A stretch of DNA of 64,000 nucleotides from an uncultured delta proteobacterium (GTDB lineage: Bacteria > Myxococcota > Myxococcia > Myxococcales > Myxococcaceae), in NCBI GenBank assembly GCA_963713045.1, contig CAVQKE010000006.1, positions 192,001-256,000 on the forward strand. Reading direction: 5' to 3'. Under the pieces are notes generated by a model that was not told where the DNA came from, did not search any database, and saw only the letters and a list, made by a program, of their open reading frames with translations. A program made the translations under genes and the position numbers. Positions 20,292 to 30,265 of the stretch are shown here, one piece after another. Position 1 is the first letter of the stretch; every line of letters starts with the position of its first letter.

Positions 20292-20804
20292 GTGACGGTC
20301 GAGGAGTTACAGAATCGCCGCTTAAGTCGCAGAGCGTGGCCGAATTACGAGAGGCCCCGACTCGACCAGGGAGGCTGCCTCGTGAGCACGAACGACCCGT
20401 CAGCGGACTATCTTTTCCAAGAGATGCTGGGGTTTTGCCCTAGATTCGGGCCCCATTGGCAAACCGAGCTCATGTGGTGGGGCGACGATGAGAATCCTCA
20501 TCCGCGATATCGGCTCTTCAATTCCTTTAGCGGACTCATCGCTGAACAACTTAAGCGCGGCGACACGAGCGGCCTCGTGCCCCTCTTCGCGTGGGTCGAG
20601 ACGCTCGTCGCTGGGGATGATGACGACCTAGCGAATGCGGCCCAGACGTGCTTCCTGGAGAATCTCCTTAACCAAGTGCCGAGCGCTATCAATCCAGATC
20701 TTTTCGTTCCGTTACTCGGCCCCGAATCGGCGAAGTGGTGCCGCGTTTGGGACGGTTTCACGGGCGTCAAGACCAAGGGCCTTGAGTGCCGACGGCGCTG
20801 TTAG
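20292..20804 (+). CDS. hypothetical protein
   Basis: ORF with CFLENL...LGPES motif; start uncertain. Confidence 0.5.
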   Translation: MTVEELQNRRLSRRAWPNYERPRLDQGGCLVSTNDPSADYLFQEMLGFCPRFGPHWQTELMWWGDDENPHPRYRLFNSFSGLIAEQLKRGDTSGLVPLFAWVETLVAGDDDDLANAAQTCFLENLLNQVPSAINPDLFVPLLGPESAKWCRVWDGFTGVKTKGLECRRRC

Positions 20805-20819
20805 CGAGGAGCCCGGTGG

Positions 20820-20940
20820 CACGTTCGCTAAGGGCTCGCCGAAGTGGTTTGAGGATTACAACGAAGTGCACCCGCACCAGGCTTTGCGAATGAAGTCACC
20901 TGGCCATTACCGCCGAGTCTGGATGGAAAGCAGGGCATGA
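20820..20940 (+). pseudogene. IS3-family transposase C-terminal remnant
   Basis: WFEDYNEVHPHQALRMKSP matches the YNxxxPHxxL end of IS3 OrfB. Confidence 0.65.
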
Positions 20941-21282
20941 AGAACATCTAGGTCATCGATGGAGCGCTCAACTGCACGTACAGCCTCTTCGCAGCGACGG
21001 AGAAGGAGTTTGCGCAACTTTTCCCTGGGCAGACGGACGTCGCCTTCGCGGACGAACTCTCCGAGCGCCTCGGGAAGCAGACCGCGGCTTGCTCAATGCT
21101 CTTTGGGCACGACCTGTCGACAAGAAGACGGCGGCAGGAATACGCGGAATGCTCTTTTTCAGCTGCCGGAGAAGAAACCGCTGTACCCGACGCGACAAGA
21201 GCGGGGGATGGACCCTCGCGCCTACTCTCCTGCCCAACGGCAGCTACTCGGCCGCAACTTCACTGGCAAGAGCGACGACTAA
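20937..21282 (+). pseudogene. disrupted hypothetical protein
   Basis: MKNI*VIDGALNCTYSLFAATE, with TAG at 20949-20951 and later frameshift(s). Confidence 0.5.
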
Positions 21283-21400
21283 TACTCACTCCAAGCAACC
21301 AACGAATCTGTCCGATTTGATGGGGCACTCGGTTCAGGTCCTCTTCCCGTACTTGCTGCCTGGTGCTTGAGCTTCAAAGTAACGGCGGATGGGCTATCGC

Positions 21401-22765
21401 CTACGGCGTCTCCCCCAGCGAATAAAGGCCTCCGAAGGCGTCAGGCGGCGCCAGGGGCATGTCGGCGTCGGAGCTCGTCCACGAGGCGGCGACGTAAATA
21501 GTGCCGTCCGCGCCGATGGCTGGCGAGGCGAAGGCAGCGTTGGGACCGAACACCCAAGCGGCGCCCCCGTCGGGGAGAATCGCTCGCAGCCCGCTGCCAA
21601 GGGTCTGGGGACCACAGGTGCAGTTACTGCTGGGGCACCCCGGACCGCAGGTTGCTATCGCGATGTCCATCGTACCGACGTACGCCGTTCCGTCGCCTCC
21701 AAGAATCGGTGGCCACAGGGCGTCGTTGCTCGGGTACGGCGAGTCCCATTGCTGGACGCCGGTGGCCCCCACTGCGATGAGGCCGGTGCCGATGTAGCTT
21801 GCACTCACGAGATAAACGGTTCCATCCGCGGCCGACACCGGCGGCACCCACGGGAATGGGTCTGACAAGCTCGCGCTCCACAGCTGTGCTCCCGACGGGG
21901 TCAGCGCTCGCAGTGCGCCTTGGTCGACGAGGTAGATGGTGCCGTCGTCTCCGAGCGAGGCCTGGTACCCAGGGGTCGTCCATAGCGCGACCCCCGAGCC
22001 GTTGAACGCACTGAGCCCCGTCTGGGCGCCGCCCGCGTAGACCGTGCCATCCGGACCTACCAGCGGAGTCCCGGCGCCGAAACCAGCCGCGGTGTTGGGG
22101 TTGACGGTCGCTGCCCACATCGCGCCGCCGTCAGACCAGAACGCCAAGAGCTTGTAGGTTGTCGTGAGGTAAATCGCGCCGTCTGGGGCTACCGTTGGAG
22201 AGGAGTACGCGTTGTCGGTGAGCGGTGCCACCCACACCACACAGCCGCTGGGCGCGACGGCATAGAGCCCGCCGTCGCCGTCGAAGTCGCTGCCGATAAC
22301 TAATGAGCCGTCAGCACGAATCGCCGGGGTCCCGTTGAATTCTTCGCCGGCCTCGGCATTGAAGGGAACTAGGCTCCATCTCAGTGTGCCGTCCGGGCGG
22401 AAGGCTTGGAGCGTCGAGCCGTTCGCGTCGTCGGTCACGGCGTAAACCGTGCCGTCGGCGGCAATCGATGGCTGGAACAAGAAGTTTCCAGGCACGAACC
22501 ACTTCGCCGTTGGCTGAGCCGGGCCCACCGCCGCGGCCCGCCCGTTGAGGCGCGGCCCGGCTTGGTACATGGGCCAGGGCGAGCCGCTCTGCAGCGCCAG
22601 AACCAACCCGCCGTCGCTCTCGCCGTTCGCCGCCCCGGTGCAGAGCGGCGTGACCCGGCCGACGTTGAGTGACCCATTGCAGGCCGCGAGCAAGACGAAC
22701 AGCCAAGCCGAGTAACGCACGCGCTGAGCTCCCGAGAGCGAATTCACCGGCCAGCAAATGGGCAA
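21401..22765 (-). CDS. PQQ-like beta-propeller repeat lipoprotein
   Basis: Repeated P-x-I-x-x-DGTxY and LxAxxxxGxxxW; LLAAC lipobox. Confidence 0.8.
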   Translation of the reverse strand: MPICWPVNSLSGAQRVRYSAWLFVLLAACNGSLNVGRVTPLCTGAANGESDGGLVLALQSGSPWPMYQAGPRLNGRAAAVGPAQPTAKWFVPGNFLFQPSIAADGTVYAVTDDANGSTLQAFRPDGTLRWSLVPFNAEAGEEFNGTPAIRADGSLVIGSDFDGDGGLYAVAPSGCVVWVAPLTDNAYSSPTVAPDGAIYLTTTYKLLAFWSDGGAMWAATVNPNTAAGFGAGTPLVGPDGTVYAGGAQTGLSAFNGSGVALWTTPGYQASLGDDGTIYLVDQGALRALTPSGAQLWSASLSDPFPWVPPVSAADGTVYLVSASYIGTGLIAVGATGVQQWDSPYPSNDALWPPILGGDGTAYVGTMDIAIATCGPGCPSSNCTCGPQTLGSGLRAILPDGGAAWVFGPNAAFASPAIGADGTIYVAASWTSSDADMPLAPPDAFGGLYSLGETP

Positions 22766-22975
22766 ACCACAGGCAACCTTACAGGTCGAGCGCGGGGACA
22801 GGCGAGCCGGACGCGACGACTAGCGCCAGGTCCTCGGTCGACGACCGAAGGCGGTGTCGCAGCTACGACGTCGCTCGGCGAGGTCCTAGGATTCATGTTG
22901 AGTCTTATTTACAACTCATATATAACCCAAGTATGACCCACTAGGTTCCACGGCAGTCCGCCAAAGGAGCGAGAC

Positions 22976-24091
22976 GTGAAGACTGAAGAGTCCGGCGAGC
23001 GAAGTACTGCGGCACTCAAGGCCCTCTGGGCGGAGAAGATGCCGCGGCCTCTCAACGTGCCGACGCGGCCCGACAGTGGGCAACTCGTCGACCTGCCGCT
23101 CGAGGGCCTCGAGGACAGCCCCTTCCAGGTGAAGCAGTACGACGACGCCCGTGTGAGGGACCTCGCTGAAACAATTCGGCGCCAGGGCTTGCTTCAGCCG
23201 GCGACCATTCGCAGTGTTGGTGACAAATTCCAACTCATCTCCGGCCACGCCCGCCGCGCCGCTCTACGCCTCCTGCGCGACAAAGTCGCGACGAATTCGG
23301 AGGAGAGAGCCCGGTACAGCACCATCCGCTGCGTGTTGCTGGTCGGCGTAGACGACGCCCGGGCCGCCGCGCTCACGGCCATCGAAAACCTTCAGCGAGA
23401 CGACGGCACGCCTCTGGAGCAAGCGCTCATGGTTGCCAGGGCTCGGGATGCGGGCGGCTACCAGAACATCCCGGAAACCGCTGCGGCACTGGGGTTGCCG
23501 CTGGGACGGGTGCGTCAGTACCTCCAACTTGCCGAGGCACCTGTCGTGCTTCAGCGAGCCGTTGCGCCCGGGGTCATGGTGGTCCGAGACGACGGAGGCC
23601 GCGAGCGTGTCCCGCTACCCATTACCAGTGTCCTCGCCGTCCGGCCGTACTACGACTTCCTTGTCGAGAACCGGCTGGTGGAGCTCAAGGGAGAATCCGC
23701 CGTCCAGCGGCGGCGTGAGGAGCGACGGGGCCGCATCGACGACAGCGTGGAGGCGCGGCAGCGGGAGATGGCTCGGCGTCAGGAGTCAGCGGCCGAATTT
23801 GCGGCGGAGAAGACAGAGCGGCTTCTCGAGCGCGCTGCGCGCTACCTCTGGACGGTTGGGCAAGTCCAGGCCCACGTGCGCAGCGCCACGCGTCCGGGTG
23901 CGCCTGCGCGGCGCGACGCAGCTTCCGACGACACCACCGGCAACGGGGATTTGCCGAGCTCGCCCCGCCTCTATGAGGACAAGGGTGGGCGGCTCACCAT
24001 CTGGCCCTCGACGGCTCGGAGGGCGGCGACGACGGACCGTACTTCGCTGGCGGCGAAGCTGCGCGCCCTACTCAGCGAGCTCGAGGCCTGA
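22976..24091 (+). CDS. ParB/RepB/Spo0J family protein
   Basis: LAETIRRQGLLQP, LISGHARRAA, IENLQRDD, HTH region. Confidence 0.85.
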   Translation: MKTEESGERSTAALKALWAEKMPRPLNVPTRPDSGQLVDLPLEGLEDSPFQVKQYDDARVRDLAETIRRQGLLQPATIRSVGDKFQLISGHARRAALRLLRDKVATNSEERARYSTIRCVLLVGVDDARAAALTAIENLQRDDGTPLEQALMVARARDAGGYQNIPETAAALGLPLGRVRQYLQLAEAPVVLQRAVAPGVMVVRDDGGRERVPLPITSVLAVRPYYDFLVENRLVELKGESAVQRRREERRGRIDDSVEARQREMARRQESAAEFAAEKTERLLERAARYLWTVGQVQAHVRSATRPGAPARRDAASDDTTGNGDLPSSPRLYEDKGGRLTIWPSTARRAATTDRTSLAAKLRALLSELEA

Positions 24092-24311
24092 AATGGGGTT
24101 CCCGCAATTGATTGCGTTTTCCCTCCTAAGAGCCGCTTTTGGCCCCTAAAGCCGCCCGCAGCACGGCTCAAAAAATGGCTCATCGAAGGCGCCACTTTCC
24201 GAGCGAGTCCGAGGGCACGGCGGTGCGGTCTGTGCTCAGGCTTCCGCAGTCATTGCGCCGCAGTGCCTCGTCCACCCACTCCCTCTGCGCGGAGACGTGC
24301 AGCACCCCTTC

Positions 24312-24362
24312 GTTTCCCGACCACCCTCTCCCTACCAATGACTGAGAGGGTGGTCGGGAAAC
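24312..24362. other. perfect 19-bp inverted repeat with 13-nt loop (candidate oriT/origin)
   Basis: GTTTCCCGACCACCCTCTC-CCTACCAATGACT-GAGAGGGTGGTCGGGAAAC. Confidence 0.6.
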
Positions 24363-24451
24363 TTCGGAGTGCATCCTAAAATCGAATGGGTGGCAAAGGG
24401 CTGAAAAAATGAAGTCTGAGCAGTCAAGGGACAGACAAGGCGGGGTGGGAC

Positions 24452-25695
24452 ATGGACATGGACATACAGAAGCAAGGCCACCAATGCAGCGGCGGCAGCA
24501 GACAGCGCGGAATCGAATGTGAAGGCAGTGGAGGAAGTGAGGGGCGGAGTGAAGCGTGGGCAGCGGCAAGGCGCGGCGTGGTGAAGCGACGGCCCGGGCA
24601 ACTGAAGCAGCGAGACAGGGACCTTGTCGCGCTTCTTGGAATCTGCCGGTACCTGACAGCACGGCAGCTCGTCCAGCTCGGTAGTGGAGCCAGGACAGAG
24701 AAAGCAGGGACGTACCGGCTGCGAGGCCTGGCCGGCGATGCAACGCGAGCGAAGGTACGACCGTTCGAGCCTGCCTTGCTGAGAGCTCTGCCCTTCCGCA
24801 GCTTTGATGGGCGGCCCTTCGAGCTGTGGGCACTGACACCTGCAGGCTATGCCGTGGCAGGTGCGGAGCTCGGCCGGCTTCTACGCGTCCCCCGGGTGGA
24901 CGTTGGCGCCAGCTTCGCCGAGCATTCGGCATTCCTGACGGACATGTTCGTCAGGCTTGGCCGGCCCTTTCCTTCAGGCCGGAGTTCGTCCGTTGCACTT
25001 TCCCTTCCGGTGGGACGTCGCCGAGGACGTGGAGCTGCCCTGGCGTGAGCGGGGAGCGGGTGGCCTGGAAAAGGCGCGCGTCATCCGTCCTGACGCGGTG
25101 CTGGAGCTAACGGCTGTGCATCGCCGCTTCTTCATCGAGTGCGAAATGGGGACACACACGCTCCAGCCGGTCAGCCTAGAGAAGGCGCAGGCGACGGTGC
25201 GCAAGGTCGAGAGGTACGACGCATATGTCTCCGGCAACCACGCGGGGGCCTCTCACTACCAGCGCAAGTACCCCGACAGCTGGCCGTGTGAGGTGCTCTT
25301 CCTGGTACAGACAGAGAGCCGCCGGCGAAGCACGGCAGACGTGCTGTCACAAGCGCGCACGCATCGCGCAGCGCGTGTCGCGACGCGGGCCTTCACGCTT
25401 AGCGAGGCGGTCGAGTACTGCCGAGGAGCTGCCGTTCCGGAGGGAGTCGCAGCGAAATTGGCCCCAGCCGCTCACAACCCTGGACTGAAACACTTCTACG
25501 GGGAGCGGAGCATCGAGCGGTGAACGAATTCGTCGTGGACATGGCAGCAGCGCTCTCTTCCGCGAATGGCTTCTCCGGAGGAACGGCCTCACCGCGGTGC
25601 CCGAGCCGGCGTCCAAGGCGGGAATGCTCGACTTTCTCCGGAGGGCCCGAGCCGAGAGCACCAGCAACGAAGCGACCGAGGCCCACCATGGCTGA
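24452..25695 (+). pseudogene. replication-relaxation (Replic_Relax) family protein, frameshifted
   Basis: RDRDLVALLGICRYLTARQL wHTH in one frame; RPDAVLEL...FFIECEMGT...KVERY in the next frame (shift near 24965); end approximate. Confidence 0.75.
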
Positions 25696-27492
25696 CCGTG
25701 GGCATTCACGAAGCCTCCAAGGGTCTCGTCCGATTAACTGCTCCTCTGTCGGGGTGCTGGCCCTGGTGGCGGCGGAGTGCGCGTACCAGAGCGACGGAAC
25801 GTGGCTACGTACCGTGCCGCCTCCGCTCAGGCGGCGCTCGGTAGCGGACATCCGCTTCTATGGGTATTGGCGGCACTGGTTTGTCGACAACGCGTGGCTG
25901 CTCGCGGCTGGAGCTCTCGTGGTCGGTGCCCTGGCCGCTGCTCGGGCTGCGTCAGGGTCTCATCCACTGGAACCGAGTGAGCGACCGCGTCAGCGGGACA
26001 CGCCCGCGGGCGGCACCCGTCACGTTTCCCATGACAGATGTCGATGTCCTCCGCCAAATCCGAAGCCGTCCGTCCGGCCACCTCTTCGTGGGAATGACGC
26101 CGCGCAAGAGGCTTTTCGGGTGGGGATGGCGGCCTGTTTACCTGTCGCCTCAGCAACGCAGCACGCACCGGCACGTCATTGGAAAGACGGGCAGCGGGAA
26201 AACCGTGAGCGTCCTCTGGCCAAGCGTCCTCCAGGACGCGCTGGACGGGAAAGGCGTGCTCTTCATTTCCGGGAAGGGCTCCGACGAGGAGCTTTGCATG
26301 ATGAAGGCGATTGCCGCGGTGGCCAGGCGGAAGGACGAGCTCCGCGTCTTCTCGCTTCCAGCTTGGAATGTCCCGCAGTTCTTCACGCACGCCTACAACA
26401 TGGTTTACGTGCGGCCGCGGACCGCAAACTCCGTCGGAGGAGACCCGGTGGCCACGGCGCAGCGCGTCTTCTCGGTGCTGCCCATGGGCGACAACCCGTT
26501 CTACAAAACGCACGCGGAAGTCATGTTCACAAACCTGTGCCGCCTCCTGCACGGGATGGTGGACGAGCGCGGCAACGGCATCCCTTTCGTCGTGCGCGAC
26601 ATCTCGGTATGCCTCAAGGCCATCGGCAACGTCGGGGCCTGGGCCCGTGCACTGCAGTACTGTCTCGACAACTCCGTGGAGCGAGAGACCGCCGAGGAAA
26701 TCAAGTCGCAGGTGCGGCAGCTCGACCGAGAGGTGCTGAAGACGCTGTCTGGACTCGTCGGGGCGCTGGAGAAGTACCAAAGCCCCATCGTCAACGCATA
26801 TGCGCCGGACATTATCTTCGAGGAGGTGCTCCAGACGAATGGGCTCGTCTACGTCCAACTGCCGGCCAACCTCTTCCGTCTCCAGGCGCCAGCCCTGGGA
26901 AAGCTGCTCCTCATGGACGTCCAGCAGGAGGGAAGCCTGCGCCAGGTGTTTCGTCGAGAGCGCAACCAGAGGCCATTCGCTGTCACCGTGGATGAGTTCT
27001 ACACCTTCGCCGACCTCTCCATCGTCGACAGCCTCAACAAGCTCCGGGACGCGCACCTGGAATACACCCTCGCCCACCAGTCCCTCGCGGACCTAGAACT
27101 CGTCTCGAGGGAGTTCGCCACGGCCGTCTGGGACGACACCTGCACCAAGGACATTCTCCATCAGGACAGTCCCGAGCTGTGCGATTGAATAGCCAAGACT
27201 CTGGGCACGCACGAGGTGACCGAGCTCACCGTCCGCCGGAAGCAGGGGACCGCTCATGACGAGCCTCTCCACTGGAGAGGCGTCGTCGCGGATGGTGGAT
27301 GCCTACCGGCTGCATCCCAACGCCATCAAGAATCTCGCCCGCTGCGGCCAGGGCTACTTGCTGTCTGACACCGTTCTCAAGCCCGTCGCGTATGGAATGT
27401 TGCCGTCGCTTTCCCTGCACGATTCGCTCCTTCGAAAGCAACAGCACGAGGCGAAGGGGCTGCGGCTCTACGACGCATTCATCAGAGTTTAG
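25688..27492 (+). pseudogene. VirD4/TraD-like type IV coupling ATPase, disrupted
   Basis: HVIGKTGSGKT Walker A, VTVDEF Walker B, AHQSLADL; TGA at 27186-27188 with homologous-looking continuation; N-terminal TM part frameshifted. Confidence 0.75.
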
Positions 27493-27531
27493 TAGTGTCC
27501 AGTCGGTTGGACATTTTGAGGGGACTGCGTT

Positions 27532-27738
27532 ATGACTGGGAAGGAGCTACTCAGGCTCCTGGTGAAGAAACACGGGTGCGTCGTCTTGCGGGTCAAAGGC
27601 TCGCACCACCAAGTGCGATGCGGAAAGTGTCAGACGACCGTGCCTGTTCACGGAAGCGAGGAGATCGGTGCGGGCCTGATGGCAGCGATTGGGCGGGACC
27701 TGGAACCCTGCTTGGGAAAGCGATGGTGGAAGCGGTGA
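27532..27738 (+). CDS. hicA: HicA family toxin
   Basis: ELLRLL...RVKGSHHQV...TTVPVH...IGAGLMAAI. Confidence 0.85.
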   Translation: MTGKELLRLLVKKHGCVVLRVKGSHHQVRCGKCQTTVPVHGSEEIGAGLMAAIGRDLEPCLGKRWWKR

Positions 27739-28169
27739 GCAGATAATGTTCTCTACGAACGCGGCACGGACGGCTGGTGGACCGCCACGGTTAGCGGTGT
27801 TCGCGGCTGCCACACTCAGGGTCGCAGCATTGAGCAGGCGGAGAACCGAATCCGCGAAGCCCTTGGCCTCTACGTTGACGATGCAGAGCGTGCCGAACTC
27901 GTCCGTCAGGTCCGGCTGCCCCGCCGCCTACGCGAGCTCGTGACCGGATGTTTCGTCTCAAGAGCCGAGAGCAGCAGATCTTCGAGATGTACTTGGAGCT
28001 TTTCCGGAGCGCGGCAACCAAGCTGCGCGAGGAGGAGCATTTAAGCGTCCGTGACGTGCACGTGCTCCTCGGAACGTCGAAGTCGCTGGTTTCGTTGCGC
28101 CAGACCGAGCAGATTGCCAAAGCTGGCGTCCGTAAAGCTGCGAAGAGGCAGCCCATTGTCCCGGCATAA
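27735..28169 (+). pseudogene. hicB: HicB family antitoxin with HTH, frameshifted
   Basis: GWWTATVSGVRGCHTQGRSIEQAENRIREAL lies out of frame with the GTG start; C-terminal LSVRDVHVLLG in another frame. Confidence 0.7.
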
Positions 28170-28242
28170 GGCTTCTCTGTTGGATTTGAGGTGGAGACGC
28201 ACATCTTTGTCTGACGCGCTCGGCGGCGCTTGAAGCTACCGC

Positions 28243-28784
28243 ATGGATTCGATTGAGAAAGCGCGACTGCTGCGAGGCCTCACGCTTGAGACTGAGTGCG
28301 AGGAGGCAGCGAAGGCGTTTCTCTTCTCAAAGATCGATCGACCCAGATTGAGTCACTGAGGTGATGCGTGGCGGCGCGGCAGCTAGGACTAGAGAAGACG
28401 GCGGCGTGGCTCCTTGGCGAGCTGAGCCCGGCATGGGATCCACAATCGAAGCGCTGCATGCTGTGCTGAATGACCACGAGGCGACGGAAGCCCTCCGAGG
28501 ACAGGTGATTGAATCCCTCGGGAATCAAGTCAGTCATCTGAAGGGCGGCGAAACATACGAGCGCGCCGCCGACGCTTCGACCTCTGCTCGATGAGCCGTC
28601 AGTGGAGATTCGTTACAATGTGGTCTTTGCGCTTGGAGCGCTACGCTGCCGTCGTGCGCGCCCAATGCTCGAGCGCATCGCGTCCGAGGACCATCGTCGC
28701 TACCGTGGCCTGGAAACGGTGAGTGAAGCCGCTCGCTCCAGTATCGAATGCATCGACTGTGAACCTCATGGGCGACATCGGTGA
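28243..28784 (+). pseudogene. HEAT-repeat protein fragments
   Basis: ALRGQVIESLG and EIRYNVVFALGAL in different frames. Confidence 0.45.
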
Positions 28785-28811
28785 AGGCGCCCGCCGGCTT
28801 CCTGCTCGAGG

Positions 28812-29405
28812 ATGAGCGCGCGCTTCGCTCGCATCTGCGCGGGTGCGTGTGTGTGCCTCCTTCCGTCGATAGCCTGGGCGGACGCTGGCATCCCGATGCT
28901 CGTCCTTGTTTGGCCTGGGGCTTGGCTTGCGCTTTTGCCGGTTGTTCTCGTCGAGGCCCTTGTAGCCCGGAGACTTCTTCGGTTGGGGTTTCGACGCTCG
29001 CTCAAAGTGGCGTTGGTCGCGAACCTCGTTTCGACTGGAGTGGGAATCCCTGTCACGTGGTTCGCCCTCGTGTTGGTTGAAATGTGGGCGCGGCTCTCGG
29101 ATTTGCTGGTGCGACTCTCGCTGGCATTACCTCTGAGCCAGGCCGTTGGTTCCAAATTGCCTTCTTTCCGTTTATGGCCGCATGGCTGCCGGACGGTGCG
29201 CCTTGGATGGTCGTGGCGGCGGCCGTAATTCTTTGTGTTCCGTTCTACTTCGTCTCGGTGTGGCTGGAGTTTCTCGTTGCCCGCCGTCTCCTTCCTGATT
29301 TGAGCCGGTCCAAGTCAAGAGTTGGAGCCGCGTCGCGAACGGTGTCAGCTACGGACTCATTATTCTTGTTTTCTTGGGTTACATGCTCTATCTCGTGGGC
29401 AAATA
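28812..29405 (+). pseudogene. membrane protein, frameshifted
   Basis: ADAGIPML, VALVANLVSTGVGIP and AAWL...VPFYFVSVWLE in different frames. Confidence 0.5.
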
Positions 29406-29546
29406 GAGCGGGTGAGGCCGCCAGCCTGTTCCTACCCGACTACAGTCCGCTGCCTCACCGTTTGCCCTTGGATGTACCGGACTTGGCGACTGGGTCAGAC
29501 TGAAACTCCCAACGTCGACGGTTCAGTAGGCTCCGCCAAGGTTCCG

Positions 29547-29977
29547 CTACGGAATCCCAAATCCGTCCACGCAGGTGTAACCGCCGTCACCTCCGGACGA
29601 CTCCGGTATCACGATGCATTGAGCTGTGTTGGGATCTCCGCAAATCGGAGGTACGCCGAACCTGCAACCCTGGCTCTGATACTGCGAATAGAGGGCTTGA
29701 AGCTGGGCTGAATGCGCAGGGTTGACACTCGTGTTGCAGGTTCCGGCGAGCTCCTCGGGCGTCGTGTTTCCGCTGCTGTCCTCCAATGACTCCGTTACGG
29801 GCAGCTGAACCGAGCGGGGCCAGACGCGCCTGGATCGCACGATTTCGCGTACGGCGTTGCGGTGATGTACTCAGCGACAATTTCCTGGCAACTCGTGGAG
29901 CAACCCGAGGTTGCCAGGGCAACGGCGACCACGCTGATGGTTGCCTTGAAGCTCTTCGAGGAGGAGCTCACGCCCAT
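29547..29977 (-). pseudogene. small Cys-rich lipoprotein, probably frameshifted
   Basis: Lipobox ATSGC in one frame, Cys-rich continuation in another. Confidence 0.4.
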
Positions 29978-30061
29978 CTCCGAGCGCTAAGTTTCCAGGC
30001 GACGCTGCGGGCGGTCAAGCGACGCTCTTTCACCATCCCGCGCCTCGGACTGCATCGTCTT

Positions 30062-30084
30062 CGGGGACTGAAATTCCCGGTGTC
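30062..30084 (+). repeat. partial degenerate att core (anticodon-arm portion)
   Basis: CGGGGACTGAAATTCCCGGTGTC, 21/23 identical to 33075-33097. Confidence 0.55.
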
Positions 30085-30265
30085 TACCGTTACCGCATTA
30101 ATGCCTACGCCACCGCCGACCGGAGCCCGCTCGAACCCAGCACATTCGGGCCGTGCCAATTTCGGACGGGACGGCGAAGTCCCGTAACTAACCAATGCTG
30201 GCTTCCGTCCGGGTGTCAGCGCGAAACTTGGTTCTTCTTCCGACGGGCCCCCTTACACTCGCGTG

